From: an archaeon
GTDB taxonomy: Archaea; B1Sed10-29; JAJSAI01
Direction of reading: 5' to 3'
Assembly: GCA_024274695.1 (NCBI GenBank)
Contig: JAJSAI010000017.1
Span: 1 to 30,268 of the forward strand
DNA: 30,268 bases
Both the position numbers and the translations under genes were made by a program. Positions 16,922 through 25,575 of this stretch are shown one piece after another (positions within the stretch are counted from its first letter, which is position 1; every line of letters begins with the position of its first letter). Below the pieces are notes generated by a model, which was not told where the DNA came from, did no database searches, and was given only the letters and a program-made list of their open reading frames with translations.

Positions 16922-18130
16922 ATGGAAGTGCTGTTGCCTCTGACGCTCGTAGGAGTCATAATCCTCATAGGCTTTGTGGGAGAGTTAATATTCAAGAAAA
17001 CGAACATCCCTAACATTATATGGCTCATGATAATCGGCCTGATACTCGGACCAGTGCTCCACGTTGTGGATTCTAACCTGTTCCTGAACGTTTCAGAACT
17101 GGTGGCTGCGATCGCGATTATAATGATCCTTTTTGACGGCGGGATGAACATGAAACTGGAGGTCCTCCTCAGGGAGACCCCGAGAACATTTCTCCTGACA
17201 GTCACGTCATTCACCCTAACAATGCTGGCCGTGATGACGGTCATGGTCGCGCTGGGGCACGAGCCCCTTAAGGGCCTTTTGCTGGGGGCGATAATCGGGG
17301 GCACCAGCTCTCCCATAGTCATCCCGATAATAACCGGGCTGTCTGGAGTCAGCGACAAGACAAGAGTGCTCCTGTCCCTGGAGTCCGTGCTCACGGACGT
17401 CCTGTGTATAGTAACCGCGATATCAATAATAGGAATGCTCACTCCAGGGCACGCTGTCAGCTCTCCTGCTCAAGCCCTCGCGAGCACCTTTTCTGTCGGG
17501 ATAGTTCTTGGGATGACGGTAGGGGTCTTGTGGATCCCGATAATGAGGAAGATGGTCAAGTACGAGTACTCGTACTTGCTGGACTTAGCAGTGCTGTTCT
17601 TACTGTACACTCTTGCTGAGGCTAGCGGGGGAAGCGGTGCGCTGGCGTGTCTGATGTTCGGTATTGTGCTGGGCAACGGGAAAAAGGTCCTGAGCATGCT
17701 GCAGTTCAGGGAACTCGGTTTCCAGATAGACGAGACAACCAAACAGTTCCATTCTCTCATAACCTTCCTTATAAGAACGTTCTTCTTCGTGTACATAGGC
17801 CTTCTTGTGAACGTGCAGGACCTTGGCAACATCCTGCTCGGGCTCGCGCTGGTCGCGGTAATCCTTGCCGTAAGACCAGTGGTCGTGCACGTCACGATGA
17901 GGGGGGTTAAAGAAATAAGAAAAAGGGACAAGAGGATAATGAGCTACATGATCCCAAGGGGCCTTGCGGCAGCGGTTCTAGCGTACCTTCCCGTGTCAAA
18001 GGGAATTCCGGGTACACAGGGCTTTGCGGACATAACATTCACTGTCATACTCGCCACGACCGTCGCGGCAACAATAGGAATAAGCCTGGAGAAGTTCAGA
18101 GAGAAAAAGAAAAGGAAAAGGAAAAAGTGA
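16922..18130 (+). CDS. Cation:proton antiporter (CPA1/NhaP-like)
   Basis: About 12 TMs; LFDGG, GTSSPIV, ESVLTD, TFFFVYIG, PRGLAAAVLA. Confidence 0.92.
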   Translation: MEVLLPLTLVGVIILIGFVGELIFKKTNIPNIIWLMIIGLILGPVLHVVDSNLFLNVSELVAAIAIIMILFDGGMNMKLEVLLRETPRTFLLTVTSFTLTMLAVMTVMVALGHEPLKGLLLGAIIGGTSSPIVIPIITGLSGVSDKTRVLLSLESVLTDVLCIVTAISIIGMLTPGHAVSSPAQALASTFSVGIVLGMTVGVLWIPIMRKMVKYEYSYLLDLAVLFLLYTLAEASGGSGALACLMFGIVLGNGKKVLSMLQFRELGFQIDETTKQFHSLITFLIRTFFFVYIGLLVNVQDLGNILLGLALVAVILAVRPVVVHVTMRGVKEIRKRDKRIMSYMIPRGLAAAVLAYLPVSKGIPGTQGFADITFTVILATTVAATIGISLEKFREKKKRKRKK

Positions 18131-18155
18131 ATGAAAGAAGGCCCTTTTGAGGGGC

Positions 18156-18377
18156 TCACCTCTTTTTAGGCCTTCCTCTCTTCGGCCTGAGGTCCTTAAG
18201 ACCCCTGTGCCTGCCGCAGCTTGGGCAGGCCCATACCTTCTCGTACGTCCCGACGTGTTTTATTCCCACTCTCTCGTCAAAGTATGTGAACGACCGTTTC
18301 ACGGTTCTTATCGCCTTGTCGCGCGGGACCCTTCTCCCGCAAAAGGCGCAGATCACGTACTGCGCTCTTCCTTTCAC
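18156..18377 (-). CDS. rps26e: 30S ribosomal protein eS26 (S26e)
   Basis: GR...CAFCGRRVPRDKAI...CPSCGRHRG matches the eS26 pattern; very basic; SD AGGTGA before GTG. Confidence 0.8.
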   Translation of the reverse strand: MKGRAQYVICAFCGRRVPRDKAIRTVKRSFTYFDERVGIKHVGTYEKVWACPSCGRHRGLKDLRPKRGRPKKR

Positions 18378-18448
18378 GCTATCACCTTCTTACAGCCAAT
18401 CATTCCGATCACCTCAGTTTATTCCTGCGTTCCTTTTTTTAAGCTTTT

Positions 18449-19378
18449 TCAGGAGAGAGGTTTTGCGGGGATCTCCAGCGTCCGCGTTATGCTCTTCGCG
18501 AGGGTTTCAGCGTGCCCGTGCACTGTGTACACAATGTCTGGACTGCATTCCTGCACGAAGGAGATTATGTCCTCGTAGTCCGCGTGGCCGGAGAGCCTGA
18601 AGATCTTGTCCGCTCGGTAGAACGGCTGGCCTGATGCTACCGCGGTCCTAACACGCGTTCCAGACTGCCTGGAGAGAACTTCCGCGGTCCCGCGGGAGGC
18701 CATTCTCGGCGGCACTACTGCGACGAACTGGCCCGCAAGAAGGTCAGCGCCCTCCTCTGACAGCGTGTTGTAGTACTCCAGGCTCAGTCCTGTTTTGTCT
18801 GTAACGTCCGCTATCCTTGGGTGTACTACTGGGACGATGCCAGCCAGGTTTAGAGCATGAATGACCTCTTGGGCCTTTCCGAGCGCGTAGGCCCCGAAGA
18901 GCACGCTCTCCCCACTGTCTAGTGACTCAAGGACCCATTCTCCTATTTTCTTGTACTCCTCCAGGGGGTCAGGGAAAGCAGTTCCCTTGAGACCGTACGT
19001 TGCTTCCACCACCAGAACGTTACAGTCAACAGGCTCTGCCTCTCCGAACAGGGAGGGCCTTGGTCTGAAGTCCCCTGTGTAAAGGACGCTCTCGCCGTTC
19101 TCCACAAAGAACATTGCGGACCCTGGCACGTGCCCCGCGTTCAGGGACGTGATCTCGAACTCGTTGAAGCTGGCTTTCTCGCCGTAGGACAGAGGTTCTC
19201 CCTGAAGTCCCGAGACACGAAGGGTTTCCTCCGTGGCCATGATCGTGGCGTGGTGCTTCCTAACATGGTCAGAATGTGCGTGGGAAATGAGCACGTCCCC
19301 TTTCCTGACCCTGAACTGAGGGTCTATGAATACTGAACCAGAGGATGCTTCAAGTACTATTCCTGGAGAAACCCTCAT
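18449..19378 (-). CDS. MBL-fold beta-CASP nuclease
   Basis: SHAHSDH, AGHVPGS, YTGDF, EATYG, YALGKAQE, SGHAD, HG. Confidence 0.88.
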   Translation of the reverse strand: MRVSPGIVLEASSGSVFIDPQFRVRKGDVLISHAHSDHVRKHHATIMATEETLRVSGLQGEPLSYGEKASFNEFEITSLNAGHVPGSAMFFVENGESVLYTGDFRPRPSLFGEAEPVDCNVLVVEATYGLKGTAFPDPLEEYKKIGEWVLESLDSGESVLFGAYALGKAQEVIHALNLAGIVPVVHPRIADVTDKTGLSLEYYNTLSEEGADLLAGQFVAVVPPRMASRGTAEVLSRQSGTRVRTAVASGQPFYRADKIFRLSGHADYEDIISFVQECSPDIVYTVHGHAETLAKSITRTLEIPAKPLS

Positions 19379-19423
19379 GCGGAGATTAAAAGGAGGAGAG
19401 GGTTAAAAAGGGTTTTGTCTTTT

Positions 19424-20671
19424 TCAGAGCTCTTTTTCTATTTTCTCGTCAGTGTCCGCGTCTGCTTTCGCCTGTTCCACCAACTGCTTCAGGTATTCTC
19501 TTGTTTTCATGTCTTCCTCTTCTTCTTTTTCAATGTTCTTTTGTCTTACGTAGTAGAACGCTCCTGCTACTGCAAGCCCTGCCACGAGAATGCCCAGCAG
19601 GAAGGATCCTCCCACGTAGAAGGCTCCGGTTATCCCTATCCTTTCTCCTGCCAGGACCGTGTCAACCGCGGCTATCTCTTCCCCGTCCTTTACGAGCGCG
19701 ATCCTAACGTCTTGCTTGCTGAAGTCGTTGGTGCGTATCTTGATCCTTATGGTCCTGAGTTCTGAGCCCTTGAGGCTGAAGACAGTGTCTCCTTCCACTT
19801 CCCAGCCCTCAGGGAGACCCTCAACGTGCACTTCCACGTTGTTGAGGTCGGTTACTTCGTTGTTTTTGACTTTTAGGACTATCTCGTACCCGACTGTCTT
19901 TCCGTCTTCCTCGAGCTTGTCCTCTGACACCATTGTCATTTCAACGCTTCCCTGGTACGAGTACTTTTCAACCACGTGCAGGAGCACGGAATCGCTGTCT
20001 TCAAGATCTCCGGACGCTGCCTTGAGGGTTATCTCGTAGTACCCTACTGGGTAGTCCTTGGGCACGGTTATTTTAACTGGGAGCACCTTTTTCTCGTGGG
20101 GGAACACCGTGAACCCGCTTACGGGGTACTCTGGATTCAGCCTTTGGCTCACGTCCCCTGATATTAGAACGTTCTTCAGGGGGGTGTCCCCATTGTTCCT
20201 TATCAGGAAGTACAGGGTCTGGGACTCTCCCTGCTTGACTGTTATCTCTCTGTACTCTGACTTGAGCTCGAGCTGGTTCTTGACATGCTCCTGAGTGTTC
20301 TGCGGCTCTTCACGCTGGACGTACAGGCCCCTGTAGTAGTAGTCTTTTTCAGGGGTCTTGAAAGTGACGTACACAGGGTACTTGTCACTGTTAGCAGAAG
20401 AGGGGATTATCACAAAAAGGTCAACGTACTTTACTCCTCCTCTTCCGAGCGTGAAGTGCTGGTCATCAGCGCTCATGTACCATCCTGCTGCTGTGCTCAC
20501 TTCCACCTCTACTTCCTCTGTTGATGTCGCGTATACCTTGAACTCGTAGTGAGCGGGATTTGAAGCATCCCCTGCCACCTGCACGGGATCAGACTGCAGG
20601 GTCACGAAGATCTCGGAAAATCCTATCCCGAGCAACATAATGCCCGCCAGAACAAAGCTCGTCCAGCGCAT
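19424..20671 (-). CDS. Cell-surface protein with signal peptide, tandem Ig-like (NEW3/CARDB-like) domains and C-terminal TM
   Basis: N-terminal signal; repeated IRNNGD/VKNNE beta-sandwich motifs; GITGAF-TM-charged tail. Confidence 0.8.
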   Translation of the reverse strand: MRWTSFVLAGIMLLGIGFSEIFVTLQSDPVQVAGDASNPAHYEFKVYATSTEEVEVEVSTAAGWYMSADDQHFTLGRGGVKYVDLFVIIPSSANSDKYPVYVTFKTPEKDYYYRGLYVQREEPQNTQEHVKNQLELKSEYREITVKQGESQTLYFLIRNNGDTPLKNVLISGDVSQRLNPEYPVSGFTVFPHEKKVLPVKITVPKDYPVGYYEITLKAASGDLEDSDSVLLHVVEKYSYQGSVEMTMVSEDKLEEDGKTVGYEIVLKVKNNEVTDLNNVEVHVEGLPEGWEVEGDTVFSLKGSELRTIRIKIRTNDFSKQDVRIALVKDGEEIAAVDTVLAGERIGITGAFYVGGSFLLGILVAGLAVAGAFYYVRQKNIEKEEEEDMKTREYLKQLVEQAKADADTDEKIEKEL

Positions 20672-20749
20672 AAAATCACCTTGTAACTATTTGTGTGTGG
20701 TAACATATTTAAAGGTTGCGGTTAATAATATATATGCCAGGGGATTTTT

Positions 20750-21448
20750 ATGAAAACCATGGAAGAATCTCTCAGGGGCCTCGGATTCAACCAGTACGAA
20801 TCCCGCGTTTACCTCTCGCTCCTGCAGCACGGGCCCTTGACTGCTTCTGAAGTTAGTTCAAAAGCAAAAATCCCCAGGCCAAGAGTCTATGATGTGCTAG
20901 AATCACTGGCAGACAGAGGAATAGTTCTCGTGAGCCCAGGAAGGCCCAACAGGTTCAAGGCTGTTGACGCCAACACCCTTGTAGAGATCCTGAAAAAAGA
21001 AGAACGTGAAAGGCTTGAAAAGAAGTTCCAGAAGTACGAGAGAATAAAACAGGAGATATCAGGAGTTGCCCCCAAAGACAAGGCGGGTGGAGAAAACGTA
21101 TGGCTGCTCAAAGGAGAAAAAGCAGTACACACCAAAATAAGAGAGATAATAGACAACTCCAAAGAAGAGATAATAATAGCAGGGAACAAGAACTCTATCG
21201 CTAGAAAACTTTCCCTGCACGGGGATGCACTAGAAAACGCCAGAAAGAGAGGGGTCAAGATAAGAATAGTCAGCACAGAACACCACAAGGGAATCCCGGA
21301 AGAAACCATCAAACTGCCCGCGCCCAGGATGGTCATAGGCGATGACCACGCCGTACTCTTCCTGCACGAAAAAGAGTACAACAACGTTCTGCTTCTCAAA
21401 AGCAAACACCTGGCCAACGGACTAAAATCGATGATCAAAAAGAGGTAA
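20750..21448 (+). CDS. trmB: TrmB-family transcriptional regulator
   Basis: LGFNQYESRVYLSL...IPRPRVYDVLESLADRG; C-terminal PLD-like effector domain (RGVKIRIV). Confidence 0.9.
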   Translation: MKTMEESLRGLGFNQYESRVYLSLLQHGPLTASEVSSKAKIPRPRVYDVLESLADRGIVLVSPGRPNRFKAVDANTLVEILKKEERERLEKKFQKYERIKQEISGVAPKDKAGGENVWLLKGEKAVHTKIREIIDNSKEEIIIAGNKNSIARKLSLHGDALENARKRGVKIRIVSTEHHKGIPEETIKLPAPRMVIGDDHAVLFLHEKEYNNVLLLKSKHLANGLKSMIKKR

Positions 21449-21449
21449 G

Positions 21450-21582
21450 CGGGCCCAGGGGGATTCGAACCCCCGATCTACAGCTCTCTCCGATTGCTCC
21501 AATTCTTTTCCGCGAGCGCTTTTCTTGGAAAGAAAAGGGCTCTTAGGAGGCTGTCGCCCTATCCAGACTAGGCTATGGGCCC
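21450..21582 (-). tRNA. tRNA-Arg(CCT) with 58-nt canonical 37/38 intron (21486-21543)
   Basis: Acceptor GGGCCCA/TGGGCCC; anticodon stem ACAGC/GCTGT with loop CT-CCT-A|A; T-arm GGGGG-TTCGAAT-CCCCC; BHB with CTCC/GGAG helix. No encoded CCA. Confidence 0.93.
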
Positions 21583-21613
21583 TTCCGAGAATATTTTACT
21601 CCGACACCCAGTT

Positions 21614-22747
21614 TTAAAGCTTTCGGACAGCGAGCAAAAAGGCCGCGGTAACAGACAAGATCGCGGAAAAAGTGAACGCGGCCGAAGGAGCAAAAGCTTG
21701 CCAGAGCACCCCAAAGATTATGCTAGCGGCCATCCCGGACACTCCAACCACTGTCTCGTACGCTCCCAGAGCAAGCCCTCTTTCACTGGACGAAGACAGC
21801 ACTGAAGCATATGCCCTGGAAACCCCGTCGTACAAGGCCCTGAAAATCCCGAAAACAACGAACAGAACCGGGGCCAGAGCAGGACTAACCGCAAAGCCGA
21901 TCATGACCGCTGAATAGAACAGGAAACCTGTGACAAGCGTCTCCTTCAGGCCGAACCTGTCTGCAAGAACGCCCACCGGGAGCGAGGACATGGAGTAGAC
22001 CGCGTTCAGGACGAGATAGAGGAGAAGGGTGTCCTGAACGCTCACGCTCATCGAAACAAATAGTACGAGGAATGCCACGGAAGCGTATCCTGCCCCGAAG
22101 ACCGCTGAAGCTGCAAGGAACCACTTCATCCCAGGGCTGAGCCCACTCAGGGCAGAGGCAAGCCCTTTCCTTTCTCTTTTAAACTTTTTCTCGCGGACCA
22201 ACAGTAGTAATGACACGGCCGCGGCTCCTGGAACCAAAGACATCAGGAATATCTGCCGGTACGAAAACCCTGCTGACAGAACAGCAAACGCGAGGAGAGG
22301 ACCTATGACCGCGCCCGCAGTGTCCAGAGCCCTGTGAAGACCAAACGCTCTCCCCCTGTACCTCTTGTGAGTATAGTGTGAGATCAACGCATCCCTAGGA
22401 GGATCGCGTATCCCCTTACCCACACGGTCAAGAGACCTGACGGCGAGAACGTGAACCCAGTTCCCTGCCAAAGCGTAGAAAGGCCTGGAAAACGCTGAGA
22501 GGAGGTATCCTGAGAAAAGATAGAGCCTGCGCTTCCCGGTCCTGTCGGACAAGTGCCCGGAGAACGTTTTAAGAACCTTGCTGACCACCTTGGCGAATCC
22601 TTCAACGAACCCCAGGGCCGCAGCTCCCGCTCCCAGCGTGCTCGTCAAAAACAAGGGAAGCAGGGGGAAGACCATGTGTGCAGCGATATCATTGAACATG
22701 CTGACGAGTCCGAGGATCCAGATCTCCCGCTTTATCCCCTTCATCAA
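21614..22747 (-). CDS. MFS transporter
   Basis: 12 TMs; GHLSDRTGKRR, DRVGKGIRDPPRDALI, GVLADRFG. Confidence 0.92.
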   Translation of the reverse strand: MMKGIKREIWILGLVSMFNDIAAHMVFPLLPLFLTSTLGAGAAALGFVEGFAKVVSKVLKTFSGHLSDRTGKRRLYLFSGYLLSAFSRPFYALAGNWVHVLAVRSLDRVGKGIRDPPRDALISHYTHKRYRGRAFGLHRALDTAGAVIGPLLAFAVLSAGFSYRQIFLMSLVPGAAAVSLLLLVREKKFKRERKGLASALSGLSPGMKWFLAASAVFGAGYASVAFLVLFVSMSVSVQDTLLLYLVLNAVYSMSSLPVGVLADRFGLKETLVTGFLFYSAVMIGFAVSPALAPVLFVVFGIFRALYDGVSRAYASVLSSSSERGLALGAYETVVGVSGMAASIIFGVLWQAFAPSAAFTFSAILSVTAAFLLAVRKL

Positions 22748-22822
22748 GCACCCTAACTCAACAGCTCTTTTTATGCCTTTGCAGGGAAAAACGTTTTAAA
22801 CGAGCCAGACCTTTTCCCCACC

Positions 22823-23179
22823 ATGGTAAGGGACATAAGGCCTGAGAAGTTCCTGTTGCTCGCTGTGCTCGTGGCGTTCGTGGCAGCAGGCTCAACATAC
22901 ATCATGATCCTACAGGCGCAGGCCAACGGGAACTACCTTAGCAGGAGGATTGTCGTGCTCGAGTGCACTGGGAATTCTCTGAAGATCGTGAGCAGGGGAA
23001 CCGGCTTTCAAGGAGGCTATGCCACAGTATACAAGGTGAACGGAGAGAAACTTTTCACAGTAAAGGTTCCGGCCATGGGTGCTGACGAAACAACCGTGAT
23101 ACCCTTGCCGGGAAGACTTCCTGAGGGAGAGTACGTTCTCTCAGACGACGTGGGAGAAGTAAAGTTCAGTTGCTATTAA
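22823..23179 (+). CDS. Pilin-like membrane-anchored protein (degenerate paralog of the 4170 pilin)
   Basis: N-terminal TM; IVVLECTGNSLKI and terminal KFSCY match ISVVSCTISGNNANLKI and PFSCT of the pilin. Confidence 0.6.
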   Translation: MVRDIRPEKFLLLAVLVAFVAAGSTYIMILQAQANGNYLSRRIVVLECTGNSLKIVSRGTGFQGGYATVYKVNGEKLFTVKVPAMGADETTVIPLPGRLPEGEYVLSDDVGEVKFSCY

Positions 23180-23205
23180 AAACCACGTTGCTCTAAGATA
23201 ATACC

Positions 23206-23262
23206 GCGAGATGAAGAAATGTACAACCGCTGAAAGCGTGATGATAAAAGCCGGCTGATCGC
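23206..23262 (+). ncRNA. C/D-box 2'-O-methylation guide sRNA
   Basis: C ATGAAGA (23211-17), 12-nt guide, D' CTGA (23230-33), C' GTGATGA (23238-44), 10-nt guide, D CTGA (23255-58), terminal stem GCGA/TCGC. Confidence 0.85.
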
Positions 23263-23967
23263 ATGATACAACGGATAGCATCAGGAGTTAAGGGCCTTGA
23301 TGACCTGCTACAGGGAGGAATCCCAAGCCAGACCCTCCTCCTCGTGACAGGACCCCCAGGGTCTGGGAAAAGCACTCTCAGTACCGAGATAGCAGGGAAC
23401 ATACTAAAAAGAGGGGGAGGAGTCGTGTACGCAATAACCTCCGACACTCCCAACGGCGTGAGGAACAAGTTGAGGATAAGGGGATACGAGCCTCCCGAAC
23501 CAGAGTCCCTGAAGATCGTGGACTGTTTTTCGTGGAGGTACGGCAAGCCTGGAGAAAACGGGATAAGGAACCTCACAGACCTGAACGGGCTGAGCCTGAG
23601 AATAAAAGAAGGACTCGCCGCCCTCAAGGACAAGAAGGAAGTGCTGCTGGTCATCGACTCCTTGAGCGACTTCCTCATGTACTCTGAGAAAAATTCAGTG
23701 TACAAGGCCCTGCAGATAATCTCAGGAGAGGTAAAAAGAAAACAGGGCAGGTTCGGGCTCGTCGTGCTGGAAGAAGGGATGCACACCTCTGATGTGTTGA
23801 ACACCGTGTCATACATCATGGACGGAGTAATCCAGATGAAGATGGAGGGAACTAAAAGGCTCCTGAGAATAACCAAAATGGTTGAAACCAATCATCCTCT
23901 TAACTGGATAGAGTACGAGATAAAAGGAGGGGTTGAGATAATATGCGTGAGAGAGTTCTTCAAGTGA
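23263..23967 (+). CDS. Single-domain KaiC/RAD55-family ATPase (degenerate catalytic motifs)
   Basis: RIASGVKGLD, GPPGSGKS, VIDSLS, DGVI; KMVET where the other KaiC has KMRGT. Confidence 0.88.
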   Translation: MIQRIASGVKGLDDLLQGGIPSQTLLLVTGPPGSGKSTLSTEIAGNILKRGGGVVYAITSDTPNGVRNKLRIRGYEPPEPESLKIVDCFSWRYGKPGENGIRNLTDLNGLSLRIKEGLAALKDKKEVLLVIDSLSDFLMYSEKNSVYKALQIISGEVKRKQGRFGLVVLEEGMHTSDVLNTVSYIMDGVIQMKMEGTKRLLRITKMVETNHPLNWIEYEIKGGVEIICVREFFK

Positions 23968-24347
23968 CCGTTAGGCTGCTGCAGGCGATAAAAAATAATA
24001 ACGGCAAGCTCCTGCTGTCCGCGTGCATAGCACTGCTTTCCCTAATGCTCCTCCACACATTCTTCGGAGGAGTCATGCTGAACATTACCGTGCTAAAGAT
24101 AGCGCAGGTGCTCTGGTTCTTCGCGGCAGCGTACCTCCTGTACTTTGTTCTAAAAGCATACCTTGCCTTCAAGGAAACGTCCTTGCTCGTCGGGCTCGTG
24201 GGCTTCGTCATAATAACGTTCGCGTACGGGGCGGCTAGCATGGTCATCCTGACTAACGCGTACTCTCTGACAGTAGAAACCCTTCTTAACGTTGTCGTGA
24301 CAATCGGTTACGCGCTCATAGCAATCGCATCGGGGTGGTTGAAATGA
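23964..24347 (+). CDS. Small 4-TM membrane protein
   Basis: GTGA overlap with the KaiC stop; four hydrophobic segments. Confidence 0.7.
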   Translation: MTVRLLQAIKNNNGKLLLSACIALLSLMLLHTFFGGVMLNITVLKIAQVLWFFAAAYLLYFVLKAYLAFKETSLLVGLVGFVIITFAYGAASMVILTNAYSLTVETLLNVVVTIGYALIAIASGWLK

Positions 24348-24649
24348 TACCTGCCGTAATAGAATTGTATGCATCGTTTACGCTCATGCTAGCGATAGTC
24401 TTCGGGATAACCAGCATGATCCAGTACAAGAAGTACAAGTCCAAGAAACTTGGGCTGCACCTCTGGAGCAGTGTAGCGTTCCTCGTCCTGTGCGCTCAGG
24501 AGATAATCTCCTTCTACTGGCTCATGTCCAGCGTCCTGTTCGGGTATCCTCTAGCATACTGGCCCTGGCACCTGCAGGCGCTCGTAGTGCTCTTCGCGCT
24601 TAACCTGCTCGGACTGAGCATGACCGGAAAGATTTACGACAAGTGGTGA
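24344..24649 (+). CDS. Small 3-TM membrane protein
   Basis: ATGA overlap with the previous stop; three hydrophobic segments with a basic loop YKKYKSKK. Confidence 0.7.
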   Translation: MIPAVIELYASFTLMLAIVFGITSMIQYKKYKSKKLGLHLWSSVAFLVLCAQEIISFYWLMSSVLFGYPLAYWPWHLQALVVLFALNLLGLSMTGKIYDKW

Positions 24650-25575
24650 TAGGGATATACGACCTAGAACTTGAAAAGTTGAAGAAGATTATTTTGGAAA
24701 GGAATGCTAAGAGAGTCCTCCTGCAGTTCCCAGAGGGTATGAAAAAAGAGTCCCTTGAGGTCATGCGGGAACTGTCAAGTGTTTGCGAGCCGGTGCTGTC
24801 AGTGGATCCCTGCTTTGGAGCGTGTGACATACGAACCATTCCAGAAGCAGACCTAACGGTCCATTTCTGCCATACTAGAATGGTAGAAGACGAAAGAGTA
24901 GTCTACGTGCCGTGCTTTTCGGACGCTGATCTCATTCCGGTCGTGAAAAAAGCATTGCCTCTGCTCCCGAAGACAGTTTCTCTGGCGACCACAGTACAGC
25001 ACGCGCACAGGATAGAAGAGGTCAGAGAGTTTCTGGAGTCAGAGGGGTTCAAGGTCCTGCTTTCCAAGGGAAATGGCATGGAGTATCCTGGCCAGGTGCT
25101 CGGGTGCAATTTCTCTGCGGTTCAGGGACACGAGTCTCAGGCTATACTGTTCATAGGCTCTGGCAGGTTCCATCCTCTTGGGGCCGCGTACTATACGAGA
25201 AAAAGGGTTATTGCCGCGGACCCCAGCAGTATGCTGGTGCAGGAAATCCTGCCTGACCAAGCACAAAAAGAGAAGTACGCGAGGATCTCAAAAGCATATG
25301 ATGCAAGGGTATTCGGAGTTGTCGTGTCAACAAAGCCCGGCCAGAAGAGGTTTTCTGTCGCTCAAGAGCTGGCCGAACAGATGCGTGGCAGGGGAGCGCA
25401 GGCTTTTGTTCTTGTGGGCGACATGATAACCCCTGATGTTCTTGACTATCTGCCGTTTGACGCGTTCGTCATAACCGCGTGCCCCAGGATAGTAATAGAT
25501 GACTGGAAGAACTACAAGAAGCCAGTGCTCCTGCCAGAAGAGGCTGTAGAACTTCTGAAGATCACTCAAGGATAA
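24646..25575 (+). CDS. dph2: Diphthamide biosynthesis radical-SAM enzyme Dph2
   Basis: LQFPEGMK, CFGACD, GQVLGC, GRFH, KPGQ, ACPRIVIDD. Confidence 0.95.
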   Translation: MIGIYDLELEKLKKIILERNAKRVLLQFPEGMKKESLEVMRELSSVCEPVLSVDPCFGACDIRTIPEADLTVHFCHTRMVEDERVVYVPCFSDADLIPVVKKALPLLPKTVSLATTVQHAHRIEEVREFLESEGFKVLLSKGNGMEYPGQVLGCNFSAVQGHESQAILFIGSGRFHPLGAAYYTRKRVIAADPSSMLVQEILPDQAQKEKYARISKAYDARVFGVVVSTKPGQKRFSVAQELAEQMRGRGAQAFVLVGDMITPDVLDYLPFDAFVITACPRIVIDDWKNYKKPVLLPEEAVELLKITQG

